Source: Candidatus Omnitrophota bacterium (GTDB lineage: Bacteria; Omnitrophota; Gorgyraeia; JABMRG01; JAFGKX01). From it: DNA of 55,391 nucleotides. Within the stretch, counting starts at the first letter, position 1. Each line of letters opens with the position of its first letter. A program made the position numbers and the translations under genes. The stretch lies in the NCBI GenBank assembly GCA_020354945.1, contig CP070655.1:697119-752509 (forward strand), given 5' to 3'. Shown here one piece after another: positions 14,060-23,155 of this stretch. The notes beneath the pieces are model-generated. The model was not told the origin of the DNA, ran no database searches, and worked only from the letters and a program-made list of their open reading frames with translations.

Positions 14060-16522
14060 CTACACCACTATATTGACCAGGTGCTTAGGCACAACGATAA
14101 CTTTTTTATATTTTTTATCGCCAATCCATTTTTTTACAATTTTATCCTGGAATACCTTTTCTTTAAGCGCTTCCTCGTCTATATCAGCCGGCACGATAAC
14201 TTTGGAGCGCAGTTTACCGTTAATCTGCACCGGTATAGTAAGCTGCTCTTCTTGTATCAAATCCTTATCGAATTTGGGCCATCTCTGTTTAAATATACTT
14301 TCGGTGTTGCCAAGATTCTGCCATAGCTGCTCGCATATGTGCGGGGTAAATGGTGATAGTAATAATATAACCATTTTGGCTGCTTCTTTTATGGTGCTGG
14401 GGTCCTGGTTTTCATCAAGCGCAATATAAGAATCGTTCACAAGTTCCATAATTGCGCTGATAGCGGTATTAAATTTAAATCCTCCTTCAATATCATCCGT
14501 AACCTTTTTTATGGTTTGGTGTATCTTGCGTGTCAAGTGTGAAGTTTCTGGCGACTGGCGACTGACGACTGACGACTGATTTTTCACCTGTTCCGCCAGC
14601 CGCCAGACTCTACCCAAGAATCTATATGACCCTTCTACGGCTCTATCATTCCATTCTGCATCTCTCTCCGGAGGCCCTATAAACAGCGTATATAATCTAA
14701 CTGTATCCACTCCATATTTTTTGATTAATTCATCGGGGCTTACTACATTTCCTTTTGACTTAGACATCTTGGCACCATTCTTTATTATCATCCCTTGAGT
14801 AAATAATCTGCTAAACGGTTCTCCAAAACTGGTATATCCTAAATCAAAAAGCACTTTGGCAATAAACCTGGAATATAAAAGATGCAGAATGGCGTGTTCC
14901 ACGCCTCCGATATATTGATCTACCGGTAGCCATTTATTTACCAATTTTGAATCAAAGGCCTTGGTATCATCGTGAGCAGATAAATAGCGCAGATAATACC
15001 AACTTGAATCTACAAATGTATCCATAGTATCGATTTCTCGTTTAGCCTTGCCTTTACATTTTGGGCATTTAGTATTTATAAATTCTTTACAATCTGCCAG
15101 AGGCGATTTTCCGTATGGTTTGAATTTGATATTCTCCGGTAGCAAAACCGGCAGGTCTTTTTCAGGCACAGGCACGGTTCCGCATTTCTCGCAATATATT
15201 ACCGGTATAGGCGCTCCCCAATAGCGTTGTCTGGATATGAGCCAGTCTCTTAATTTAAAATGGACGGTTCTTCTGCCTATTTTTATATCCTCCATCCAGT
15301 CAGCTATTTTCTCCATAGCCGTGCGATTATCGAGACCGTCAAACTGAACAGAATTTACCTGGATTCCATCTCCTTCATATGCCTCTTCCAATTCTTCTGG
15401 CGGCTGGCGGCTGGAGGCTGGAGGCTGAATCACAATCTCTATTGGTAAATTATACTTTTTGGCAAATTCGAAATCGCGTTGATCATGGGCAGGTACTGCT
15501 ATAACCGCACCGGTTCCATATTCAACTAAAACATAGTTTGCTAGCCATAGAGGAATCTTTCTTTTATTTGCAGGGTTTATTACATATCTCTGGGTAAATA
15601 TTCCTTCTTTTTCAATTTCAACGGATGCGCGCTCTTGTTTATTCTGCGCTTTTACCTTTTTTATAAAAGAGTATATCTTTTCTTTATCAGGGGAATCTTT
15701 AATGAGGTCTCTTATCCGGGGGTGTGACGGAGCAAGGACCATATATGTTGCGCCGAAAATAGTATCTACTCTTGTAGTGTAGCAGGTCAGAACAATGTCT
15801 GAATCAACCACAGGAAAATCTATCTGAACACCGGTTGATTTCCCTATCCAGTTGGTCTGCATAATCTTAACCCGTTCCGGCCAGTGTTCCAATTTTGAGA
15901 TATCATCTAATAGCCGTTGGGCATAATCGGTAATCTTAAAAAACCACTGCTCTAAATCCTTTTCCCCGACCTTTGTATCGCAGCGTTCGCAGCGGACTCC
16001 CACAACCTGCTCATTGGCCAAAACTGTCTGGCAGGAAGGGCACCAGTTCACAGCAGCCTTTTTCTTATAGGCGAGCCTTTTCTCGTATAATTTTAAGAAT
16101 ATCCACTGGGTCCATTTATAATAATCGGGGTAACAAGAAGTAATCTCTCTATCCCAATCATATCCTATTCCCCATCTGTGAAGCTGTTTCTTCATAATCT
16201 TTATATTATCTTCTGTCGATTTTTTGGGATGGAGCTTCCCTTTTATGGCAGTATTTTCTGCGGGAAGGCCAAAGGCGTCCCAGCCTATCGGAGAAAGGAC
16301 ATTTGCTCCCTGCATAATCTTATAACGGGTTACGCAATCTCCTAATATATAGTTTCTGCCATGGCCTACATGTAATGCCCCTGAGGGATAAGGAAACATC
16401 ACCAGGCAGTAGTATTTGTCTTTTGTTTTAGAAACATCGCACGAAAAAAGTTTAATATCCTGCCAATGTTTTTGCCATTTCGGCTCTATCTCATCAAACG
16501 GATATTGTTTCACCTGGGCCAT
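14060..16522 (-). CDS. leuS: Leucyl-tRNA synthetase
   Basis: 820-aa ORF containing the class I motifs HVGH and KMSKSKGN, and an N-terminus typical of LeuRS (YPFDEIEPKWQKHWQD). GAGGAG lies ~9 nt upstream of the ATG. Confidence 0.97.
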   Translation of the reverse strand: MAQVKQYPFDEIEPKWQKHWQDIKLFSCDVSKTKDKYYCLVMFPYPSGALHVGHGRNYILGDCVTRYKIMQGANVLSPIGWDAFGLPAENTAIKGKLHPKKSTEDNIKIMKKQLHRWGIGYDWDREITSCYPDYYKWTQWIFLKLYEKRLAYKKKAAVNWCPSCQTVLANEQVVGVRCERCDTKVGEKDLEQWFFKITDYAQRLLDDISKLEHWPERVKIMQTNWIGKSTGVQIDFPVVDSDIVLTCYTTRVDTIFGATYMVLAPSHPRIRDLIKDSPDKEKIYSFIKKVKAQNKQERASVEIEKEGIFTQRYVINPANKRKIPLWLANYVLVEYGTGAVIAVPAHDQRDFEFAKKYNLPIEIVIQPPASSRQPPEELEEAYEGDGIQVNSVQFDGLDNRTAMEKIADWMEDIKIGRRTVHFKLRDWLISRQRYWGAPIPVIYCEKCGTVPVPEKDLPVLLPENIKFKPYGKSPLADCKEFINTKCPKCKGKAKREIDTMDTFVDSSWYYLRYLSAHDDTKAFDSKLVNKWLPVDQYIGGVEHAILHLLYSRFIAKVLFDLGYTSFGEPFSRLFTQGMIIKNGAKMSKSKGNVVSPDELIKKYGVDTVRLYTLFIGPPERDAEWNDRAVEGSYRFLGRVWRLAEQVKNQSSVVSRQSPETSHLTRKIHQTIKKVTDDIEGGFKFNTAISAIMELVNDSYIALDENQDPSTIKEAAKMVILLLSPFTPHICEQLWQNLGNTESIFKQRWPKFDKDLIQEEQLTIPVQINGKLRSKVIVPADIDEEALKEKVFQDKIVKKWIGDKKYKKVIVVPKHLVNIVV
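14548..14580. repeat. Heptanucleotide tandem repeat inside leuS (ctggcga x2, ctgacga x2, ctgat)
   Basis: Read directly from the sequence. It encodes the linker segment NQSSVVSRQSP. Confidence 0.9.
15397..15431. repeat. Heptanucleotide tandem repeat inside leuS (ctggcgg x2, ctggagg x2, ctgaatc)
   Basis: Read directly from the sequence. It encodes QPPASSRQPPE and has the same 2+2 architecture as 14548-14580. Confidence 0.9.
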
Positions 16523-16718
16523 ATCTTCTTGCTCCTCATCTGACTATCAAGCTTTTTACTTCTCTCAAATTCATAACATCATCTTTAAACAATCTTTTAG
16601 GGGCCTCTAAATAAATGTCAAGTCTTTCAGCTTAGCAAGACTCTTTGCCCTGTCAACTGCTTTATAAATTTTACCTGCTATAGAAACCTGAACCCCTAAC
16701 CGCATTATCGATTCAACG

Positions 16719-16747
16719 TTGACAAATCTTTTTTATAATGCTATAAT
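16719..16747 (+). promoter_or_regulatory. Consensus sigma70 promoter for tRNA-Ala (TTGACA-17-TATAAT)
   Basis: TTGACA at 16719-16724 and TATAAT at 16742-16747, with a 17-nt spacer. The tRNA starts 14 nt downstream. Confidence 0.75.
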
Positions 16748-16760
16748 TTTTTTCACGCAT

Positions 16761-16835
16761 GGGGCTGTAACTCAGTGGGAGAGTGCGACACCGGCAGTGT
16801 CGAAGTCGAGGGTTCAAATCCCTCCAGCTCCACCA
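16761..16835 (+). tRNA. tRNA-Ala (anticodon GGC), CCA encoded
   Basis: Cloverleaf folded by hand: acceptor GGGGCTG/CAGCTCC with G3:U70 and A73; D stem ACTC/GAGT; anticodon stem CGACA/TGTCG with loop CCGGCAG; T arm GAGGG-TTCAAAT-CCCTC. Confidence 0.9.
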
Positions 16836-16892
16836 TATTCTTCGCTCCCGCCAACAAGTATCAATATCTTAAAACATCGTTAAAAAATCAAG

Positions 16893-16942
16893 CCCCGTTA
16901 GAAATAATATGTAGCCATTATATTACATAATTTCTAACGGGG
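16893..16942. terminator. Long hairpin downstream of tRNA-Ala
   Basis: The arms ccccgttagaaataatatgta and tacataatttctaacgggg pair. A T-run (gctttttttt) follows about 20 nt later. Confidence 0.45.
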
Positions 16943-17116
16943 CAAGCAAAATAGTGCTTTTTTTTACAATTTTTTGTTATTTTTCACATAACTTCTTATT
17001 TTATATTAAGTTATGCAAATAAAATCATAAATATTGCAATATTTCAAATGGGAAGCTATAATAGTATATAATTTAAGCTTTAGGGGACACTTACCCGAAC
17101 AAAACCGTAAACGGTA

Positions 17117-18370
17117 CTAAATTACGGTGCCGGTGGGAATCGTGGTATTTTTAGGGATGATTATGATACTATCTTTTATTGCGTAGGTATCGGATTCAAA
17201 AGAATCGAGGCCTTTTCTGTTTACTATTTTAGACCCATCGCCTATTCGCACATTTTTATCGATTATTGCCTTTTTTATCACACAACCTTTGCCTATGCCG
17301 ATAGGCGCAGTTTCAGCCTTTTTATCCTGCTCAATATCTTCTATCGACTGATAGAAATCAGCTCCCATAACTATTGAATCTTCGACCACTGCAGATTCTG
17401 CTATTCTGCTTCTTAGCCCTATTATTGAATGGGAAATCTGGCACCTGTCCACTATCGAGCCTTCACCAACTATTGCTCTATCAAGTTTGCTTTTCCTTAT
17501 TTTGGCCGGCGGAAGGTGACGGTGCCTTGTAAAAAATTGCCATTGCTCATCAAACAAATTCATCGGAGGAACCACTTCTGTAAGAATCAAATTCTCCTCA
17601 TAAAATGTTTTGATTGTGCCGATATCTTTCCAGTATCCATCATGAATATACGCATAGCTCATCTTTTGGGAAAAAGAATCGGGAATAACCTCTCTTCCAA
17701 AATCTGCCTTTCTGTTAGCAATCAAAATTTCCGCTAATGTATCTTTGTTAAAAAGATATATTCCCATAGATGCAAGATAGAATCTGTTTTTATCTATTTT
17801 AACCTGCATACCTTTAACCTGTTTTTCGGTGGAGGGTTTTTCGATGAACCTATTAATTCTTCCGTTTTCATCTGCGCACATTATCCCATAGTCGATGATA
17901 TGCGTTGGCTCTACGGGATTGCAGGCTATGGTTATCTGGGATTTCTTTTCAATATGGAATGATAAAAGTTTTCTGAAATCCATTTTATAAAGCTGGTCCC
18001 CTGAAAGCACAAGGACGTATTTTATGTGGGGGTCGTTAAAGTGCTTAAGGCATCTCCTTACCGCATCCGCTGTGCCTTGAAACCAATCAGCGCTCTCCAT
18101 AGACTGCTCAGCCGCCATTATCTCGACAAAGCCTTTAGAGAATGTATCCAATTTATATGTCCGGCTGATATGTTTATTTAATGATTCGGAATTGAATTGG
18201 GTAAGCACATATATACGATTAAATCCTGAATTTAGACAATTGCTTATAGGTATATCTACCAGCCTGTATTTTCCCGCAAACGGCACAGCCGGCTTACACC
18301 TTTCTTTTGTAAGGGGGTAGAGCCTGGTTCCCCTTCCTCCCCCTAATACTAAACACAATATCTCTGTCAT
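17117..18370 (-). CDS. glgC: Glucose-1-phosphate adenylyltransferase
   Basis: 417 aa. The N-terminal LGGGRGTRLYPLTKERCKPAVPF motif and a C-terminal left-handed beta-helix region are typical of GlgC. Confidence 0.93.
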   Translation of the reverse strand: MTEILCLVLGGGRGTRLYPLTKERCKPAVPFAGKYRLVDIPISNCLNSGFNRIYVLTQFNSESLNKHISRTYKLDTFSKGFVEIMAAEQSMESADWFQGTADAVRRCLKHFNDPHIKYVLVLSGDQLYKMDFRKLLSFHIEKKSQITIACNPVEPTHIIDYGIMCADENGRINRFIEKPSTEKQVKGMQVKIDKNRFYLASMGIYLFNKDTLAEILIANRKADFGREVIPDSFSQKMSYAYIHDGYWKDIGTIKTFYEENLILTEVVPPMNLFDEQWQFFTRHRHLPPAKIRKSKLDRAIVGEGSIVDRCQISHSIIGLRSRIAESAVVEDSIVMGADFYQSIEDIEQDKKAETAPIGIGKGCVIKKAIIDKNVRIGDGSKIVNRKGLDSFESDTYAIKDSIIIIPKNTTIPTGTVI

Positions 18371-18385
18371 CTTGATTATATTATA

Positions 18386-20359
18386 TCACGATATATGGCG
18401 GTTGCTACAATTTTCTAATAAATTTATACCAACAGAAACGATTTTTTCATTCCCTGGCAATAGTTTCAAGGGCCAGCTAAACAGCATAGAAGTCCCTTGA
18501 TAGATATATTTATAGCCTTTTTCTGAACGCGATATTGTATTAATAGGACATATCCAGATTCGTGATTTTGGCTTGATATGAAAATCCAAATTTATACCGC
18601 CTGTTTTGCTCTTTATATTAAGATTTGATGCCGATTTAACTCGGGTGTAAGCTTCTAAATTCCGGGGAGGATTTCCGTCCGGCATAATAATATTGAATTC
18701 TATGCCAAAACTTATATCTAAGGTGCTGGCTGATATATTTTTTACCGAATAATCTGCTCTTATATCGGCTGCTTTTTTATGCAGGGCTATTTTCTTTTCA
18801 ATAGATACTTTATCCGATAAAGCTTTTAGAATTATCATCCTGCCATCTTTGCTGTTTTTAACCTTATATGAATAGTTTCTGTTTATAAAATCTAACCTTT
18901 CTTTAAGATGACCTGCCTTAAATTGCCTGTATGTGCTTTCTTTTGATATTATATGGTCCAAAAATGAGTATTTCTGATAAGAATCGTAGATAAATTTTTT
19001 CTTTTTTACTGAGCCACCGCGCACAGCGGCTGGGTTTATTCCTTTATGATAGGCCTCCTTTTTTCGGGACAGGGTATTTATCAAATTTACAGAAAGCGGC
19101 TTATAATCTAATTCTAAAAGAGCCCCTCCTTTTCTTGGGCTAAAATAAGCAGATATTAATCTGTTCGAAAATATTATTTCTTTGTAGTTATCGCAGTTGT
19201 AATCTATTATTTGTATATTTGAGATTGCGCAGCAAAGTTCGCAATGGCTACAGAGAACTTCGGCTTTTATAAGATTTTCATAAATAGCCGCTCTTAAGTT
19301 AAAAAGATAAAGGCCTCCAAAGAGCCCATGCCAATATCCACAGTTAGACTCAGCCTTATAAAGATGTTCAGTAGCTAAACCGAGCAATTTTTTCATTTTT
19401 TCTCCGGACGCCTTCTGCCTCAGGCAGCTGATTCTTTTGCTAACCAACATCATCTTTTTGTGCATCTGATTCGATTCAGGGTATTTAGTCAAAAAATTCC
19501 GGAAGTCCCCGCCTGACCATTTTAACATTTCATCATAAGAAGCCGAAGGAACGTAAATTCTACCCAGGGGCGTGCGTTTGGCCAATGCCTGCTTTAAAGT
19601 AACGGTCTTAAGCCATGAACTATTATCAATAAGCACCTTAAAGAAATTTTCGAGCCATCTGTTTTCATAAACTAATCTGTAAGTCCCCGGCCATTCTCCG
19701 AATTTTTCAGCGTCGTCTCCGTAGAAAAAAATGGCTTTTGGATTATTTCTGGTTACCCTTTTTATGTAGTCTATTGTCTGTTTTGGTTTCTTAAAGGGGA
19801 TAAAATATCTTAAGTTCTTATCCGAGCCAAAAAGCGCTATCTTTTCTGAATTATACTCAGCCATATAATAACCATAAATTCCGGATTTATCCAGGCCGGC
19901 TTTTATAAAATGGGCATCATCGACAATAGCATATTTTATCCCGGCTTCCTTTAAAGTAGATACAAGCTGCGGCTCCCAAACTCTCTCCGGTATCCAGGCC
20001 CCTATCGATTTAAATTTGAAATTTTCCTTTATATAACTGGTGAGCATCTTTATCTGCCCTATTGCGTCCTCTTCTCTAACGATAGGTAATATCGGTTCGT
20101 AAAACCCGCCGCTTATAATCTCTATCTGACCGGCTTTTATTAATTTTATTACTATATTAAAAAATTCAGGATGATTTTCTTCTATCCAGGACAGGAGGCT
20201 GCCGGAGAAATGCAAACTCATTTTAATCTCAGGATACCTTCTCAATAACTTTAAAAATTTAAGATAACACCTGTTATAAGCTCTCTCGAAAATTTCATCG
20301 AAGTTTCCGATGGGCTGGTGGAAGTGTAATGCTATTGCGAAGTCTGTTGTGGCAGGCAT
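18386..20359 (-). CDS. GH57-family alpha-glucan-active enzyme (4-alpha-glucanotransferase/branching-like)
   Basis: 657 aa with GH57 signature regions: LHFHQP, GQIEIISGGFYEPIL, WIPERVWEP and YGDDAEKFGEWPG. Confidence 0.88.
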   Translation of the reverse strand: MPATTDFAIALHFHQPIGNFDEIFERAYNRCYLKFLKLLRRYPEIKMSLHFSGSLLSWIEENHPEFFNIVIKLIKAGQIEIISGGFYEPILPIVREEDAIGQIKMLTSYIKENFKFKSIGAWIPERVWEPQLVSTLKEAGIKYAIVDDAHFIKAGLDKSGIYGYYMAEYNSEKIALFGSDKNLRYFIPFKKPKQTIDYIKRVTRNNPKAIFFYGDDAEKFGEWPGTYRLVYENRWLENFFKVLIDNSSWLKTVTLKQALAKRTPLGRIYVPSASYDEMLKWSGGDFRNFLTKYPESNQMHKKMMLVSKRISCLRQKASGEKMKKLLGLATEHLYKAESNCGYWHGLFGGLYLFNLRAAIYENLIKAEVLCSHCELCCAISNIQIIDYNCDNYKEIIFSNRLISAYFSPRKGGALLELDYKPLSVNLINTLSRKKEAYHKGINPAAVRGGSVKKKKFIYDSYQKYSFLDHIISKESTYRQFKAGHLKERLDFINRNYSYKVKNSKDGRMIILKALSDKVSIEKKIALHKKAADIRADYSVKNISASTLDISFGIEFNIIMPDGNPPRNLEAYTRVKSASNLNIKSKTGGINLDFHIKPKSRIWICPINTISRSEKGYKYIYQGTSMLFSWPLKLLPGNEKIVSVGINLLENCSNRHIS

Positions 20360-20362
20360 AGT

Positions 20363-21805
20363 CTAAAGAAATAGTCTCTCATAAAGTTTGATATACTCTT
20401 GGGCGGAATTCTTCCAGGAAAAATCAAATCCCATTGCCCTAATCATCAGTTTCTGCCAATCTCCTCTATTTTTGTAAACAGAAACCGCTCTTTTTAAGGC
20501 AGAAAGGAAATCTTTCGGATTCGCTCCTTTAAATTTAAAACCGTTTCCGTCTTTTGGATTTTGGGTATAGTCAATTATTGTATCATCTAAACCGCCTGTT
20601 GCCCTTACTACGGGTATGGTCCCATATTTTAAGCTATACATTTGATTTAACCCGCATGGTTCATATCGAGAAGGCATAAGAAACATATCGCATCCTGCTT
20701 CTATTTTGTGGGCAAGGGGATTATCAAATGCTATTCTTACAGCTAGATTCTTCTGGTATTTTTCCGCTAAAGCAGTTAATAACTTTTGATATTTCTCATC
20801 GCCCGCTCCTAAGATAATTAGATTGCAGCCCAATTTTATTATATCTTTCATGCTGTCTGCAATAATATCTATGCCCTTTTGATATGCTAATCTGCCTACT
20901 ACTCCGAGTAAAGGCGCATTAAGCGGAACATCGAGTTTCATTTGCTCAAGCAGGTCTTGCCTGCATCCGGCCTTATTCTGCAGGGATTTTTTATCATAAG
21001 GGGTTTTTATAAACTTATCGGTTTCTGGATTCCACTGTGAATAATCAACTCCGTTTATTATTCCATAAATATCGCCTTTGCGAAGTTTAAGCAATCCTTC
21101 CAAGCCGCAACCATGCTCTTTAGTGAGTATCTCTTCTGCATACCCTTTGCTTACAGTGCTTATTGCATCAGAATAAAGCAGCCCTGATTTTATAAAACTA
21201 AAATTTCCATAAAATTCAAGTGTATCCATAGTAAAAAATTCATAACTTACACCTGCCTGCGGCATTGTCTCTTTTGCAAAAAGGCCCTGATAGGCCAGGT
21301 TATGCACTGTAAAAAGTGTCTTTGTATCCTTAAAAAAATCCAAATCTTTAAGTTTGTATTTTAAATAAAAAGGGATAAGCGCTGTCTGCCAGTCATTGCA
21401 GTGTATTATATCCGGCTTAAAATTTAAAGTTTGCGCACTGCGCAAAACGGCATTTGCAAAAAATGCAAATCTAACAGCATTGTCCGGATAATCACCGGAA
21501 GGCGTTCCGTAAAGAAAGTCCCGGTTAAAGAATTCTTCCCTTTCGATAAAATAGAAATCAACCCTGTCTTTTTTGCAATGATAAAGTGAGAAGTCAAAGC
21601 TGGCATTTCCCACTTCGGTCTTGATGTCTTTTTTGATAAGTTTTATATTAAAACCGCCTTTTTTAGTTTGGCGATAATAAGGCGTGAAAACCTTTGTATC
21701 GCATCCTAATGATTTAAGGGCTAAAGGTAAACTGCCGGAAATATCCGCCAGGCCACCTGTTTTTGCAAATGGCGCTACCTCTGATGATGCCAGTAATATT
21801 TTCAT
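20363..21805 (-). CDS. glgA: Glycogen synthase
   Basis: 480 aa. The N-terminus MKILLASSEVAPFAKTGGLADISGSLP is the canonical GlgA KTGGL motif. Confidence 0.95.
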   Translation of the reverse strand: MKILLASSEVAPFAKTGGLADISGSLPLALKSLGCDTKVFTPYYRQTKKGGFNIKLIKKDIKTEVGNASFDFSLYHCKKDRVDFYFIEREEFFNRDFLYGTPSGDYPDNAVRFAFFANAVLRSAQTLNFKPDIIHCNDWQTALIPFYLKYKLKDLDFFKDTKTLFTVHNLAYQGLFAKETMPQAGVSYEFFTMDTLEFYGNFSFIKSGLLYSDAISTVSKGYAEEILTKEHGCGLEGLLKLRKGDIYGIINGVDYSQWNPETDKFIKTPYDKKSLQNKAGCRQDLLEQMKLDVPLNAPLLGVVGRLAYQKGIDIIADSMKDIIKLGCNLIILGAGDEKYQKLLTALAEKYQKNLAVRIAFDNPLAHKIEAGCDMFLMPSRYEPCGLNQMYSLKYGTIPVVRATGGLDDTIIDYTQNPKDGNGFKFKGANPKDFLSALKRAVSVYKNRGDWQKLMIRAMGFDFSWKNSAQEYIKLYERLFL

Positions 21806-21809
21806 GGTA

Positions 21810-21867
21810 GGGACGTTTCCAAAATCGTTCGGGAACCTGCCCCATTTTCAATCGGGAACCTGTCCCC
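21810..21867. repeat. 58-nt dispersed intergenic element, copy 1 (inverted relative to copy 2)
   Basis: The reverse complement, ggggacaggttcccgattgaaaatggggcaggttcccgaacgattttggaaacgtccc, differs at only a few positions from 23523-23580. It contains two CAGGTTCCCGA units 23 nt apart and ends 4 nt from the glgA ATG. Confidence 0.85.
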
Positions 21868-21881
21868 TGAAGAATAATGGG

Positions 21882-22910
21882 TTAACATTTTTGTTCTTTT
21901 AGGAATTTTGCAGCTTCTTCCGGAGAGGTGGGGTTGATATAAAAACCGCTGCCCCACTCAAAACCTGCTACTCTGGTAAGCCTCGGAAACAATTCTATAT
22001 GCCAGTGAAAGTCCTGCTCTATTGTCTTCCAGTAATCTCTACGGGCAAAGCGGTTTGGCGCAGTGTGAATAATATAATTATATTCAGGGTCATCCAGCAC
22101 ATTGCTAAGTTTGCTCAATATAACTTTAAGCATTCCTGCCAACGGCTTTATCTTATCTTTAACTTTCCGGCTATAAAAATCTATGGAATGGTCTTTGGGT
22201 AGAATCCATACTTCGAAGGGAAAACGCGACGCATAGGGGCAAAAGCTGATAAATGCATCAGTTTCGTGAATTATTCTTTCGCCCCAGGATTTCTCCTGTT
22301 TTATCAAGTCGCAGTATATACATCTTTCTTTTAACTTATAATAGTTTTCTGCGCCATGAAGCTCTTCTCTTACTCTTTTAGGAGTAATAGGAAGCCCTAT
22401 TATTTGATAATGCGGATGCCTTATTGAAGCGCCGGCTTCTTTGCCTTTATTCTTAAAGATAAGAATGTAGCGAAATCTTTCATCTTTCTGCAACTCCTCA
22501 ACCCTATATTGCAGCACCCTAATTACGTCTGATATTTCGTCAATAGTTTGATCTTTTATATCTCTGTCATGGTCGGGGGTTTCAATTATAACTTCATGCG
22601 CGCCGAAACTGCTCATCATATCATGAACACCATAGCCTCTCTTTTCAAGCTCTGTCTCTGTATTTAACGCAGGGAATTTATTAGGAACAACCCTTACCCG
22701 CCAATCTGGCTCATCAGGTTTTGTGTTGGGGGCTCTTAAGCTGTAAATCTCAGGCGGGGTCATCTTTTCCCTGCCTTCGCAGAAAGGGCATTTATCCTTA
22801 TTGTCTTCTGTCTTCTCCTTTTCCTTAACAAAAGAGTCTGGCCGCTTGCTGCGCTCCGTAGATATTATTACCCATCTTCCTAAAATCGGGTCTTTCCTGA
22901 GCTCTCCCAT
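21882..22910 (-). CDS. galT: Galactose-1-phosphate uridylyltransferase-family (HIT-like) nucleotidyltransferase
   Basis: 342 aa with the CPFCEG zinc motif and the active-site HPHYQI (HxHxQ) motif. GGAG lies upstream of the ATG. Confidence 0.85.
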   Translation of the reverse strand: MGELRKDPILGRWVIISTERSKRPDSFVKEKEKTEDNKDKCPFCEGREKMTPPEIYSLRAPNTKPDEPDWRVRVVPNKFPALNTETELEKRGYGVHDMMSSFGAHEVIIETPDHDRDIKDQTIDEISDVIRVLQYRVEELQKDERFRYILIFKNKGKEAGASIRHPHYQIIGLPITPKRVREELHGAENYYKLKERCIYCDLIKQEKSWGERIIHETDAFISFCPYASRFPFEVWILPKDHSIDFYSRKVKDKIKPLAGMLKVILSKLSNVLDDPEYNYIIHTAPNRFARRDYWKTIEQDFHWHIELFPRLTRVAGFEWGSGFYINPTSPEEAAKFLKEQKC

Positions 22911-22933
22911 AAAATTTCACTCCGTAAAATTTA

Positions 22934-22968
22934 GTTGTAAGTCGTAAGTTTTAAGTCGTAAGATGACA
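22934..22968. repeat. Heptanucleotide tandem repeat in the galT leader (gttgtaa gtcgtaa gttttaa gtcgtaa gatgaca)
   Basis: Read directly from the sequence; located 24-58 nt upstream of the galT start codon. Confidence 0.8.
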
Positions 22969-23008
22969 CAAGTATAGCAAAAAACATATTAGGCGTCAAT
23001 TAAATTGC

Positions 23009-23037
23009 TTGACTAGGGCTTGTATTACTTATAGAAT
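23009..23037 (+). promoter_or_regulatory. Sigma70-type promoter for tRNA-Leu (TTGACT-17-TAGAAT)
   Basis: TTGACT at 23009-23014 and TAGAAT at 23032-23037, with a 17-nt spacer. The tRNA starts at 23047. Confidence 0.7.
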
Positions 23038-23046
23038 AAAAACGAT

Positions 23047-23133
23047 GCCGGAGTGGCGGAATTGGCAGGCGCGCCGGATTCAAAATCCGGTGGTAGAAAT
23101 ACCGTGTGGGTTCAACTCCCACCTCCGGCACCA
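23047..23133 (+). tRNA. tRNA-Leu (anticodon CAA), type II with long variable arm, CCA encoded
   Basis: Acceptor GCCGGAG/CTCCGGC; anticodon stem CCGGA/TCCGG with loop TTCAAAA; variable arm GGTA-GAAA-TACC; T arm GTGGG-TTCAACT-CCCAC. Confidence 0.92.
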
Positions 23134-23155
23134 GACAAAAACACAGGAGCTTACC

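Noticed and set aside
16523-16700. Possible T-box leader in front of leuS
   Set aside because: The leader is short (about 130 nt at most). I found no T-box sequence (..GGUGGUACCGCG..) or specifier-loop arrangement, only a small hairpin and GAGGAG RBS.
23009-23155. N-terminal 49 codons of track ORF 23009-23521
   Set aside because: This part overlaps the tRNA-Leu gene and its promoter. The true STAS CDS starts at ATG 23156, behind AGGAG.
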